DNA of 64,000 nt from Octopus bimaculoides. Lineage: Eukaryota. The notes beneath the pieces were generated by a model. The model did no database searches. It was not told the origin of the DNA and was given only the letters and a program-made list of their open reading frames with translations. The stretch lies in assembly GCF_001194135.2 (NCBI RefSeq), contig NC_068990.1, positions 1,115,906 through 1,179,905 on the forward strand, in the 5' to 3' direction. Numbering within the stretch: the stretch's first letter is position 1; each line of letters opens with the position of its first letter. Position numbers and translations under genes: made by a program. Of the stretch, positions 1 through 12,218 are shown piece after piece.

Positions 1-160
1 CACCCCTATAACGTGGCACTTCAGCAAAAGTGACTGACTGAATAAGGACCAGACTTCAAAATGAAATCCTGGGACGAATCTGTTCTACTAAAACTGTTCA
101 AGGTGCTGCCCCAACATGGTTGTAGCCCATCATCTAGAATAAGTCAAAGGAAAAGGTAAA
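1..160 (+). mobile_element. SINE family A, degenerate 3' tail fragment
   Basis: Aligns by eye to the tail of the full copy at 31184-31597 (cagcaaaag..gaataag..tcctggg..ctaaa..ggtgctgcccca.catgg). Confidence 0.6.
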
Positions 161-204
161 ATGTAAAAGAAGATGTCAGTGGAATGCTCAGCCACTTGCA
201 TGTT

Positions 205-445
205 AATCCACTCACTCACCCATCCATCCATCCATCCTTCCATCCATCTGTCCCTCCATCCATCCATCTATTTGTCCATTCATCCATCTGTTTGTCCCTC
301 CAACCATCCATCAGACACTTACATGCTAATTCACCCATCCATCCATCCGTCCATCCATCCGTCCATCCATTCATCTATCCATTTGTTTGTTCATCTGTCT
401 GTCTGTTCATGCATCCATCAATCCATCCACCCATGTCTGTCCATT
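205..445. repeat. Degenerate (CCAT)n tetranucleotide microsatellite
   Basis: Tandem catc/ccat units; these generate the spurious IHPS-repeat ORFs. Confidence 0.95.
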
Positions 446-1171
446 AGACTTTCCAGATAGATTCCGTGGTGTGACCAGCTGAGACTATGGATATCATCCA
501 ACTACAGGAGCAGGTAATTCAGTTGATATCAAACAGAAGAATCCTCATTGTCAAATGACTGAGAACAACCTTCCATCCACTATCTCTTTCTAGCTTTCCT
601 TTTCTCTTACCCTTTCATTCTTTTACTCATTCACTTTCCCTCACTCCCTCCCTCTCTCCCCTCTCCCCCTTTCTTCTCTTGCTTGCCTTCTATTATCTTA
701 CTTCCTCTTTCCTATTTACATTGACTTAGTTTCACTTTCATTATATTTGTTCTTTTCCATCCTTTCCTTTTTTCTCTATCTCTCTCTTTCCCCCTTCCCC
801 ATCACATTTTTCAATCTTCTCTTTTTCTATTTCTTTACATATAACGGAGGAAAAAACTCCACAAAAAGAAAGAAAAAAAGGCATCTTGTGATATTTGGTT
901 ACTTTCTGTTTTCTGTCTCAGTTGAAATATCCCATGGGGGTCATATTTTTGCCTTTCTCCAGAGGTCGATATAATAATATAGCAGCCAAATAGTAAGTTC
1001 AATATTATCGGCTCAGACCAATGACTGAAATCACGGTAGAATAGCTTGCTACTTGCTAGAGAAGAAAAATACCCTAAAGCAATAACACTGAATCAAATTT
1101 TATCTCAGTAAGTCAGTGTACTTAAAACATGTTATCTCACAAAAGATACAAGTCTACTTTCCTTTATCTCA

Positions 1172-1237
1172 TATATATGTGTGTGTGTGTGTTTGAGTGT
1201 ATATATATATAACTGGCATTAAATGATGATGATGATG

Positions 1238-1273
<36 letters not shown>

Positions 1274-1320
1274 TTGAGTGTATATATATATATAACTGGC
1301 ATTAAATGATGATGATGATG

Positions 1321-1352
<32 letters not shown>
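1172..1352. repeat. Compound microsatellite with a ~70-bp higher-order duplication
   Basis: Unit (TA)n(TG)n-tttgagtg-(TA)n-actggcattaaa-(TGA)n occurs twice in tandem. Confidence 0.85.
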
Positions 1353-1357
<5 letters not shown>

Positions 1358-1359
<2 letters not shown>

Positions 1360-1500
1360 AAGGTGCATGACTCAGTGGTAAGAGTGTTGGGCTCACAATC
1401 CTGAGGTTGCGAGTTTGATTCCCAGACCTGGCTGTATGTTGTGTGCTTGAGCAAGGCACTTTATTTAACGTTAACCCAGTTCACTCAGCTGTAGAGATGT
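1358..1500 (+). mobile_element. tRNA-derived SINE family C (head plus CORE-like segment)
   Basis: A-box-like tgactcagtggt, B-box-like gagtttgattcc, then gtgcttgagcaaggcacttta, which resembles the CORE/MIR-type central domain. Confidence 0.8.
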
Positions 1501-1582
1501 GCTGCACTGGCATGTTATGTTTACTCTTGACAAATGTTTCCATGGGAATGTTTCCCCAGGATTCCTTGTGTTAATGATTGCA

Positions 1583-1712
1583 TATATATTCAATAACGGT
1601 TTCAAATTTTACCACAAGGGCAACCATTTTGGGGGAGGGGATGAGTCGATTACATTGACCCCAGTGCTTCACTGGTACTTAATTTATCGACCCTGAAAGG
1701 ATGAAAGGCAGC
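1583..1712 (-). mobile_element. SINE family B fragment
   Basis: ggtttcaaatttt..cacaagg..agtcgattacattgaccccagtg..ttatcgaccctgaaaggatgaaaggc is the reverse complement of the copy at 52797-53015. Confidence 0.85.
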
Positions 1713-2679
1713 ACCAACCTCTGGCTCATCAGCTCCAGTCTAACTGTCAAACCCATGCCAGCATGGAGACGATGATGATGATGATGATATACATATATAT
1801 ATATATTATATCATGCTAGAGTTAATGTAGCCATTAAAGCACACACAGAGTCTAGACTATTGTTTCTATTTCTAATTTACATCATAATATATGTTTTTAT
1901 ATCATATGCTATGTCCATAGTTTGGCAAGTTACAGAAAAGCAAGAAATAGTTCTCATGTACATCTACAAAGAACTTATAATGCCTATTAATACAGCCAAT
2001 CCTGCTTTTTGTATTGTGGATAATTGCATAATTTGATAGATTGCATAACTTTTGAAAACACTAAGCCATTTAGCATAAAATCTTTGTGAAATTGGTCATG
2101 TACATTAAAAGAAAAGAGAAAAAAAACAACAACTTAATTTTACTTAATCACAAATGATTTTCTTTCTCTGAGTTGAGTAAAAAATAAATTGATAAAACAC
2201 TGTGTATTATGGGATTTTTATTTGATCTAATAAAAAGATGAAGTTATTCTGGAAGTTTCCATTTTCAAAACTGATACCAAGAGAGTAAAATGTAATTAAG
2301 ATGTTCCTACCTTCTCAATCAATTTAAAGACTATCAAAGCAAATTTTTTTTCAAGAAATAAATCTTCATTGTAGATACAATTTGTCAAAGAAAGATGATG
2401 GGTGGATATAAAGCTGTGAATAGACAGCCAGCTTTGTGTTAATTTCATTATCATTTACATTAGGTAGTGATAAACCCAACTGAAAATCTTTTTAACTGAC
2501 ATGATCCTAGTTGTTGTTGCTGAGTAATTCAAAGTGTGTGAAAGTAAGCGTTGGGGTACATGAATCTGGTTATGCTTTGGTAATTGAAAAAAGAAAAAAA
2601 AATCTTCCACTGTCAATCCACTTCTTATTTACAATTCATATCTTTCTGTCTCTAGCTTCATGTATGTCTATCATTTTCT

Positions 2680-2911
2680 ATCTCTCTCTCTCTCTTTCTC
2701 TCTCTCTGTTCCACTATTCCAGAAAGTAATGGAATGATATACTTATGTACACACACACACTCATGCACACAAACATCCATCCATACAGACACACGTACGC
2801 ATGTATGTATATGTATGTATGTAAATATATATATATATATACATATATATACATATATATACACATACATGTATACATATATATATATATATACGTATAT
2901 ATATATGTGTG

Positions 2912-2962
<51 letters not shown>
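2680..2962. repeat. (CT)n/(CA)n/(TA)n compound microsatellite
   Basis: Direct inspection. Confidence 0.95.
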
Positions 2963-2967
<5 letters not shown>

Positions 2968-3419
2968 TTTCCTTCCTCCATTCAACCCTTCTCAATTTTT
3001 AGAGATGTTGTCTACCCTCTCCCTCTCCCTCTCCCTCTCCCTCCCCTTGATACCCTCTTGTAAATCCCCCACCCACCNNNNNNNNNNNNNNNNNNNNNNN
3101 NNNNNNNNNNNNNNNNNNNNNNNNNNNNNNNNNNNNNNNNNNNNNNNNNNNNNNNNNNNNNNNNNNNNNNNNNNNNNNNNNCCCGAGGGGGCCACCTAGG
3201 ACACCTCACCAATATTATCTGCCTCCTTGGAGTAACCAGCAGTGCATTCTCACATTCTCTCCTATCTGTGAGTAGCCAGGTAGCTCTGCCACAAGAACTT
3301 GTTCTGCCCCTGCTTGCTTGGGCCTGCAGACTTATCAGTTACATGGTGACCTCTGTAGTGTGGATGTCATGTAAAAAGCATCCACTATATACTTAAAGTT
3401 TAAGTTAAGCTAAAGTTTC

Positions 3420-3747
3420 TTTCTTGAGTCATAAGGGCTGGTTTCCTGGTTTCCATGGCATATAAATTCCCCACCTGGATGTGACACCTGTCACTCACAG
3501 CAGAAGGATGAAGTTCCTCCCTGAGTCATATAGACTCATAGAGCTGGTTTCCTGCTTACCATGGCATACATATTCCTTACCTGGATAGGATGCGAGTGGA
3601 TCAGAGGATTATTCATTTTTTTGTCAGTCGAGTGAACTGGAGCAACTTGAAATGAAGTGTTCTGATCAAGAACACGACACGTCACCTAGTCCAGGAATTG
3701 AAAACACAATCTTACGATGATGAGTCCAACACCTTAACTATGCCATG
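3420..3747 (-). mobile_element. SINE family C with a duplicated 3' segment
   Basis: gctggtttcct..ccatggcata..ttcc..acctggat occurs twice (~3435 and ~3543), followed by the reverse-complemented CORE and tRNA head (gaagtgttctgatcaagaacac..ccaggaattgaa). Confidence 0.75.
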
Positions 3748-4457
3748 TACCTCCACCCACTTTATACTGTAAAGTGGTTAGGGTTAGGAACAGGGCATCC
3801 ACTGACAGAAACCTTACCAAACCAGATGCTGGAGCATGATGCCGTCCTTAGCTTTAAATGGGACTTTAAATGATGATGATAATCATGATATATCTTGTAT
3901 GCAACCATAAGGATATGGGTTCAATTCCTAAATCAGACAGTGCAGTGTGTCTCATATATATATATAGATATAGATATGTTGTATGATGCAAATAAGAAGA
4001 TGATATTTTTTCAAATGCAGAGTTGCTGTTAGAACAGCAAAAATATTGGGTGAATTACTATTACATGACAGAAAAATGTGTCAACAACCAGCCATGAGAC
4101 TTGAACCTACATCTCCCTCAAAGACTCCAGCTGAGTTCTTTACCGTTAAGCCAAACTGCCCACTGACAAATTTACCACTGAATTTAGATGCTAAATATTA
4201 GCTTTATTGAAGAACCAGCAATTTACCCAGTATTTTTACTGTTCTAACAGCAACTCTGTATTCAAAAAAATTTCATCTTATTTGTATTGTACAACTTACA
4301 TTTTTGATGCTTCTAATAAAATGAAAAAAAAATTTGCTTGCTTACATTTATACACACATGGTTGTATGTATAATTTTACTTTGATTTGTTTCAGTCATTA
4401 GGCTGTGGCCATGCTGGAGCACCATTTCATCTATCTGTCTATCTATTTATATAGCTA

Positions 4458-4505
<48 letters not shown>

Positions 4506-4508
<3 letters not shown>

Positions 4509-4539
4509 TAAAATCCAGAAAATTTTCTAGATTTTAATT
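4506..4539. repeat. 34-bp near-perfect palindrome next to (TA)n
   Basis: aattaaaatccagaaaattttctagattttaatt equals its own reverse complement except for one pair. Confidence 0.85.
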
Positions 4540-4737
4540 TGAATATTTATAAACCAAGTTTTATAATTAAGCCTATTATTTTAGGAATATTACTATTCAC
4601 AACAAAATAACAGGTAACAAACCAGTAATTCATTGGATATTTTCTATCCTTTAAGGTGGTTCATTAACCACTATTTAAATTTACACAGGGAGTTGCACAT
4701 ACAACTGTGCAACAATAAAATTTAAAAAGAGATATAA

Positions 4738-4958
4738 CCCTTTTGTTACTGTATTTATTTTCAGATGCTCTGTGTTTCTCTCAATTACTTTAACTATAAC
4801 AAAGAATTTAGTAAAATAACCTAGTTATCATTCAGCTAGTGTTAGGAACATAAATTGTGACTAAGGTTTGGTGGAAGATTTTAATTCAAAGTTTATGAAA
4901 ACAAGACATTTGTACTACAGAGCCAGAGCCAGTTTCAGCCAGGTTGGCAACAAAAGGG
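4738..4958. mobile_element. piggyBac-like MITE (221 bp)
   Basis: TIRs CCCTTTTGTTAC / GCAACAAAAGGG (11/12 match), flanked by ATAA (4734-4737) and TTAA (4959-4962). TTAA TSD and CCC termini are piggyBac hallmarks. Confidence 0.75.
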
Positions 4959-5529
4959 TTAAGGACCAAGTAAGAGAAGAAGGATAGATAAACCAATCTA
5001 AGCCCTAAAAAATGGGGCACTTTTGTATCAAATAGAAACCTCATAATGCTTCATCCTTGCATATTGTTAATGTTGTCATGATAAAACTATTCAACACTGG
5101 CCCCATAATTAATTACAAATTTCATTCGAGAAGGGGTACACATTTTCTATTGACTGAACACCAAAGATTAAGGGCAAAAGACAAAATAATCAATTCTATA
5201 ATACCTTTGATACCGGACTGACTTGGTGCCTCAACTTAAAGACCTAATTCAACTGAATCTTAATTATTTCCTATACACATACTTATATATATATGTGTGT
5301 GTGTTTAAGGGTTGTGAGTCACATGTTGGTATATTGAAATCTTTGGTGGGATGGCAGTATACGTATGTGTGTGCGTTTTGGTGTGTTAGTAAGTGTATGT
5401 GTGTTTGTCTGTACATATATATGTTAGTATATATGTACAAGTGTGTGTGTGCGTGTGTGTGTGTGTNNNNNNNNNNNNNNNNNNNNNNNNNNNNNNNNNN
5501 NNNNNNNNNNNNNNNNNNNNNNNNATATA

Positions 5530-5740
5530 GCTATGTGTGTGTGTTTTTGTGCTTGTGTTTGTTCCTCCATCATCACTTGACAACTGGTGCTGGTGTGTTT
5601 CCATAACGGCAAAAGAGATTGATAGAATGAGTACTAGGCTTAAAAAATAAGTCCTGGTCTTGATTTATTTGACTAAAACCCTTCAAGGCAGTGCACCAGC
5701 ATGGCCACAGTCAAATGACTGAAACAAGTAAAAGAATATA
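5530..5740 (+). mobile_element. SINE family A, 3' half
   Basis: cttgacaactggtgctggtgtgttt..gatagaatgagtactaggctt..aataagtcctgg..cagcatggccacagtcaaatgactgaaacaagtaaaaga. Confidence 0.85.
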
Positions 5741-6974
5741 TATGTATCACACACACACACACACACACACACATATGCATACTCACACACATAAACAACA
5801 TATGTATATAAGTTTTATTTTATGTGTGTGAGTGTGCATGTGTGTGTGTGTGTGTTTAAGGGTTGTGAGTCACATGTTGGTATATTGAAATCTTTGGTGG
5901 GATGGCAGTATACGTATGTGTGTGCGTTTTGGTGTGTTAGTAAGTGTATGTGTGTTTGTCTGTACATATATATGTTAGTATATATGTACAAGTGTGTGTG
6001 TGCGTGTGTGTGTGTGCATGTGTGCGTGTGTGCATGCATGTGTCTCTGTGTATCAGTTATTCACTTTTAGCTAAAGAAAAAATATTGATATATGGAGATA
6101 GAAATTTGTAATTTTCTGAAGTAATCTCATGTCTTTAGGGAAGGTCATAGCATTTGTCACTTGTACATGTTTCCTCAGTCATTTTCCAGACACACATCAT
6201 TACCTTTCTTAGGTGTATTAGTAACACAAGGTTAGCAGTAATCTATCTGGAAATTGCGATGTCTAAAACCAAAACCAAAACCAATTTTACTAGGATAAAA
6301 CACATCTTAGCTCTTATCTTTTACTTATATCAGTCATGAGACTGTGTTTTCTACTAAACCCTGAGCTGACCGAAAAACTTTGGAGTGGATTTGGCAGACA
6401 GAAAACTTCTTCCTCTACCTCCACCTATCTATTCCTTCCTCAAATTCTTATGAAAGCATCCACTCTCTCATCCCCTCCCATGATCCACTGTCCACATCTT
6501 TTCTTATGCACACCTTTTTGTTCTTTGAGAGTTCGTTCCAGCACCCCATCATTACTTTCTATTATCTTCTCCATTGCTTGACACCTGTGATTGTCCTTCT
6601 AGCATACTTTAGCCTTTCAGCATCTGTTATGCAGCCACAAATCTCCACATTCTCCTCCTAAATACTTCTTAATAGTGCGAGCTTTTTCCTCACATTTCTT
6701 CCTTTTTTGTTCTTTTCTGTCTTGCAAGTTACGTGGCAATCTTACTGGTGCCGGTAAGGAGAGCATCAGCTGTAGACACCAATGCCAAAGATGCCACTGG
6801 ACATTAAGAGAGCCCTGTAGCTGAGGGATTGCCTGTCAAGGCATCCTACTGATGCCAGCATGGAAAGTAGATGTGTAGTAAGAAGTGTGCTTCCCAACCA
6901 CATGGTTCTGGGTTCAGTCCCATAGTGTGGCATCTTGGGCAGGTGTCTTCTGCAATAAGGATGGCATAAGGATG

Positions 6975-7277
6975 GCATAAGGACTGCTATGAAGTCAATT
7001 GGAATGGCTCCAAAAGATATAGAAGTCCTCGCTTCAGATCGAGTTGGATGGCGAACAACGGTGTGGAGTGGAGTGAAAGCATTTGAAGAGGCCAGGATGA
7101 TGCAAGCAGGGCTCAAGAGACATTTAAGGAAAAAGGTGAAGACTGAGAGGGTGAATGACAAGGACCTTTTTGTGTGCACAGTCTGTGACAGACCATGTCT
7201 GTCCTTGGCTGGCCTCAAATCTCACCTGCGAACCCATGGAAAACAAACCTCATCCAGCTATTCTGATTATATGTCTG
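6975..7277 (+). mobile_element. 5'-truncated RTE-clade LINE C-terminus ending in a C2H2 zinc finger
   Basis: MKSIGMAPKDIEVLASDRVGWRTTVWSGVKAFEEAR matches the RTE ORF C-terminus (LA.DR..WR..V..G...FE). CTVCDRPCLSLAGLKSHLRTH is C-x2-C-x12-H-x3-H at 7175-7237. Runs into an N-gap. Confidence 0.85.
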
Positions 7278-8170
7278 NNNNNNNNNNNNNNNNNNNNNNN
7301 NNNNNNNNNNNNNNNNNNNNNNNNNNNNNNNNNNNNNNNNNNNNNNNNNNNNNNNNNNNNNNNNNNNNNNNNNNNNNNNNNNNNNNNNNNNNNNNNNNNN
7401 NNNNNNNNNNNNNNNNNNNNNNNNNNNNNNNNNNNNNNNNNNNNNNNNNNNNNNNNNNNNNNNNNNNNNNNNNNNNNNNNNNNNNNNNNNNNNNNNNNNN
7501 NNNNNNNNNNNNNNNNNNNNNNNNNNNNNNNNNNNNNNNNNNNNNNNNNNNNNNNNNNNNNNNNNNNNNNNNNNNNNNNNNNNNNNNNNNNNNNNNNNNN
7601 NNNNNNNNNNNNNNNNNNNNNNNNNNNNNNNNNNNNNNNNNNNNNNNNNNNNNNNNNNNNNNNNNNNNNNNNNNNNNNNNNNNNNNNNNNNNNNNNNNNN
7701 NNNNNNNNNNNNNNNNNNNNNNNNNNNNNNNNNNNNNNNNNNNNNNNNNNNNNNNNNNNNNNNNNNNNNNNNNNNNNNNNNNNNNNNNNNNNNNNNNNNN
7801 NNNNNNNNNNNNNNNNNNNNNNNNNNNNNNNNNNNNNNNNNNNNNNNNNNNNNNNNNNNNNNNNNNNNNNNNNNNNNNNNNNNNNNNNNNNNNNNNNNNN
7901 NNNNNNNNNNNNNNNNNNNNNNNNNNNNNNNNNNNNNNNNNNNNNNNNNNNNNNNNNNNNNNNNNNNNNNNNNNNNNNNNNNNNNNNNNNNNNNNNNNNN
8001 NNNNNNNNNNNNNNNNNNNNNNNNNNNNNNNNNNNNNNNNNNNNNNNNNNNNNNNNNNTATATATATATATATATGATAATAATATTAGGGAATAAATTA
8101 TTATTCCAACCTTACAGGTAAAATTCAATATAATAATATTAGACTGAATTTCGTAATATATAATATATGT

Positions 8171-8435
8171 ATATAACTAATTTAGAGATGAACCACCATT
8201 CCACAACTCAGTCAATGAAAAACCTGTCCAAAACCATGCTGTGAGACATATACCATACAAAATACTAATCTAAAATTTTATATTATATGATTGTAATAAT
8301 CTTACGGTTCAATATTATATGTTATTAAAATTTTAGATTAGTATTTAGTATGGTATATGTCTCACAGCATGGTTTTGGACGGGTTCTTCATTGACTGAGT
8401 TGTGGAATGGTGGGTTGTCTCTAAATTAGTTATAT
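8171..8435. repeat. Long inverted repeat / foldback (arms ~110 bp, spacer ~45 bp), probable MITE
   Basis: 8171-8280 is the reverse complement of 8326-8435 with only a few mismatches; both ends lie in TA-rich sequence. Confidence 0.9.
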
Positions 8436-10289
8436 ATATATGTATGTGTGTGTTTGTGTGTCTGTGTTTGTCCCTCCCCCCACCATTGCTTGATAACTGA
8501 TGTTGGTGAGTTTATGTCCTCGTAACTTAGTGGTTCGGCAAAAGACACTGATAGAATAAGTATACTAGGCTTACAAAGAATAAGTCCTGGAGTTGATTTG
8601 TTCAACTAAAGGCAATGCTCTATCATGGTTGCAATCAGATGACTGAAACAAAAGCATAAAAGAAAGAATAAAGAATACATACACACATACAGAGAGAAAT
8701 ATGTATGTGTATATGTATATATGTATATATTTATATACACACATATACATACAAATATATATCTATCTATATCTATAAAGCAGAGTTTGTGTGTGTGTGT
8801 GCATATGTTCCTTATGCATTCAAAAACTTAGTTTCCGATTTTGATGTATTGGGTATCAAAGGATTCAGTAATCTTTTGGCTACCAAATAAACTTTATTTT
8901 CATTTATATATTTGTATTACAAAAATTTTAACATTATAATCTTTCTTTAAGTCAGCTATCATAAACGACATTTTATACCATGATGATGACATCACATTTT
9001 CTATTTGAGTGTGTATGTGTGTGTGTTTGCACGTTCGTTATGTACATTAGGCTGATGACTGAGAAGTATGTGTGTGTGAGTGTATGTGATGGTGTATGTG
9101 TCTGTCAGTATACATACATTTTTTGATGACTGACACACACACACACACAGACACACATCTGAAGACGGAGACAGACACACAAAGGGACAGAGATAGGCCT
9201 GAGGTGTATGTGAATATATGTCAGTGTGTCTGTCTTACTATATGTATGTGACTGAACTGCCCAACAGTGAAACGCACCAATTTTGAAAGACTAGTTTAGT
9301 TGTGGCTTGGATATTGAACGGACATCAGCGTTCACTTTGAACTACCACTGTTTTGATTTTCCTTTCCATCATGGAAAGTTGTGGTTTAAACAGCATTAGC
9401 GATTATCACTACTTATGGGCTGAAATATTATTCTGGCTTTTATAACCAGCCTGAAGATTTGGCAGATCTGACAGCACTCACAGCACTCACAAATGTATCT
9501 GAAAAAATTTTATTCTGGTTATTAACAAATTTAGAAACTTAGCAAAGTAGAAAGCCTCAGCGGCTCTCTCAATATAATTACAGAAACGTTATTCCAGTCC
9601 TTATAACTAGTTTGAAGACAATGCTTTTTTTAACAGTGATAGCATCCGTATCATATTCCTGCTCTACTGCTTTATCAGTGTGAGTATTCAATACTGTGCA
9701 ACCTTTTTACTGCATTAGTATCTATTCTACAGCCTATAACCTTACGCAGGTAAAATATATAGTAAGTGATGTCAAATTAATTTATGTCTTGCTACACACA
9801 TCCTTCAGTAAATGTTTTAAATTAATTAACATTCACAACAGCAACATATTCCTTTGTACACACTTTGTTCAGTGTTCATATTTTTGTATGAAAATTTGAA
9901 TAATGCCTTCTGAATTTTCTTGGAGCTTGACTTTCTTCATTCTGACATTCAAACCTGAATTTTATGACATTTAGTACATGTTCCAAATAAATATTGACTT
10001 GCTGTACTTTGTTACATTGATGAGGCATCATCATTTTTGCTAAATTGGTGACTTTCTGATGCTGGAACATTTCTTTTGGAAATATTCCTTAAAACGAAAT
10101 TTTATAGCATAACTATGCTACAGAAAGTATGTTTTGCACCTATATTGACTACATTTCATTTTTCTTGAACTTCGTATGTATACGTTTTGCTATTTTCAAT
10201 ATTACCAATTCTATGAATGTCTATGTGTCTGTGAGAGTGTGTGTGTGTGTTTCCACATTTGTTATGTCTATGATAAACTATAGTAAAGG

Positions 10290-11410
10290 ACATTTTATGC
10301 CATTTCAATAAGCCCACATCTAATGCAGTAGCCATCCTTATGGTAGATGATCCCCATGAAAATTGTGATATTCTCATTTGTGCTTGAGATAACAACCTTA
10401 AACATGTTTCAGAGACTCATCCCTCCAATGATACTCTCCAGTATCTTCTTATTCTGTGGAATGGACAAGATGGGTATCATTTCAATATTCCACAGATTAA
10501 ACCTGCAACAGGAGAGCCAATTACAAACAAAAGGGTGTCGTCAAATGACTTCTAATCTTACCAACTGATGTTAAGACTAGAACAATCAAATCAATTACAC
10601 ATGTATGGTGATCTATTTCAGCAATACCTGGTTGATATGTATGCTAAAGTTGAGAGCCAACATCTCCTCTACATTCATAACAATCAAAAAAAGTTAAAGG
10701 CTAAAATTGTGTTCATCTCCAAGATACTCTGAGGACAGAGGGTGATATTCAAAACATGAGGCAACTTATAATCCTCCCATCATCATCATTCATAGTTGGT
10801 CCTCTCTATATGCACGAACAAACACAAGTTGCTATGATATGTGTCAGGACATGGAAAACCAGATCTTTTTGTCATTTTCACCTGCAATCCTTAATGGGAG
10901 GAAATGATATCTAACCTTCATCTAGCGTTGCATCTTCTGGTATTGCAGCTACCCTCCTCAATAGGGGAAGAATTACTCATTCCGTGTTCAAGCTCTAAAC
11001 TTTGCAATGAAAGAATCTCAAATGTGCAACATTTCCAAAAACTCTGCAATGACAACAGCTCTCCAACAAACTTGCTCCATTGTTTGGGATGAGTGAACTA
11101 TGTCACATCATGGAACTCCAGAGGTACTTGACTGTACCCTCCAAGACATAAAAAAACAATAGCATGCTCATGAGAGGAGTAACAGTTCTTCTTCCATAAG
11201 ATTCTTGTCAAATGTTGCCAGTTATCCCCAAAGGATCAAAAGCTGACGAGGTCAGTGTATGCTTCAAAAAATCGTACCTTTGGAGACATGTAAAAAAACT
11301 TCATCTAACAAGCAACGTCGGAGTACTTCTACAAGGGGATCATACTAGCTTCTTAAGATTGGTAACAAGATATTAACATTGAACTCAAGACTGAGATCAC
11401 AATGGACATG
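10290..11410 (+). mobile_element. Helitron RepHel pseudogene fragment, internally deleted
   Basis: Conceptual translation gives VSETHPSNDTLQYLLILWNGQDGYHFNIP, FQQYLVDMYAKVE (10617-10655) and GKPDLFVIFTCNP (~10855-10890), all Helitron Rep N-region. It then jumps at ~10918 to PIF1-type helicase ASSGIAATLL..THSVFKL, IVWDE.TM, GVTVLL..D..QMLPVIP, SYLWRHV. Stops and frameshifts present. Confidence 0.9.
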
Positions 11411-12218
11411 TCAAAAAATAAACAAGAAAAGATAAAGGGTCCTGTGGTGTGGGGCTGCTTATGTCCTGCTGCAGTTTAATGTTATAACATGCATGAGAGA
11501 ACTGTCAAAGGGAAAATAGCCTCAGGTGATAGTTAAGGGGAGGCAACTAGTACAAGTGATTCAGCGATTCATTAAGGCTACTAGGAAATACATTCCACGC
11601 TGCAATTGTTTCATTCCAGCACATGATCTCAGATCAGGTCACTTGCTATGCAAGTACATCTCCGTAATATATATATATATATACATATATATAGTATTTG
11701 TTTTCTATGATCCACCTTGGTTCCTGTTGGTCTAAGTCATACTAGAATTCAGAGTAGTTAAACAGTGAAACAGGTATGAGAATGGACACCTATGCATACA
11801 GTGAAAAATAACATGAATATAGACAGCAGTTCATGCATAGTCAATTAACAAGTTTCAATATAAGCATGAATAAAAGTTAGATTTGCATAAATGTGTTTTA
11901 AGTAAAAATGTTCTTATGTTTCTGTTGGCAAAAATTAATTGAATAATTCATGTGTTGTGAAAATAGTGTTATTGACATGCATGGTCTGGCAGAAAAAGAT
12001 TAATAGCATTCAGTATTTTGTTCAGCTAAAACATAGCTCATTTTAAAACTAACATTGGTGGTTCTGTCTGAAAAGAGCAAGAATAGAAACACCAAAGTGC
12101 TGAGAGAAAGAACATGCTTATGAATGTTGGTTGTTGAGTGAAAGAGCTGAGAGGGAGAATAGCTTTGAGTTCATGCTTATATAACAAAAAATGGTCCCAG
12201 CTATGGATTAATTAGCAT

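Larger units (their letters stand above)
6865..8685 (+). mobile_element. SINE family A split by nested insertions (head ~6865-6957, tail ~8445-8685)
   Basis: The head (gtagtaagaagtgtgcttcccaaccacatggttctgggttcagtccc..cttgggcaggtgtcttct) and the matching tail lie either side of an RTE fragment, a gap and a hairpin. Confidence 0.6.

Noticed and set aside
922-992. Apparent exon (ag|..|gtaagt) with open frame LKYPMGVIFLPFSRGRYNNIAAK
   Set aside because: Aligns to a decayed SINE B body; no support for exonisation.
1358-1425. tRNA-like sequence (also ~24375, ~31190, ~52800)
   Set aside because: These are SINE heads with degenerate stems running into SINE bodies, not tRNA genes.
5285-6016. Identical ~180-bp duplication (~5285-5466 and ~5835-6016)
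   Set aside because: Bounded by (TG)n and adjacent to a gap, so most likely a misjoin or haplotype artefact; long reads would decide.
6400-6720. Purine-rich minus strand resembling an old LINE C-terminus (similar case at 38640-38900)
   Set aside because: Too decayed to recover diagnostic motifs by eye.
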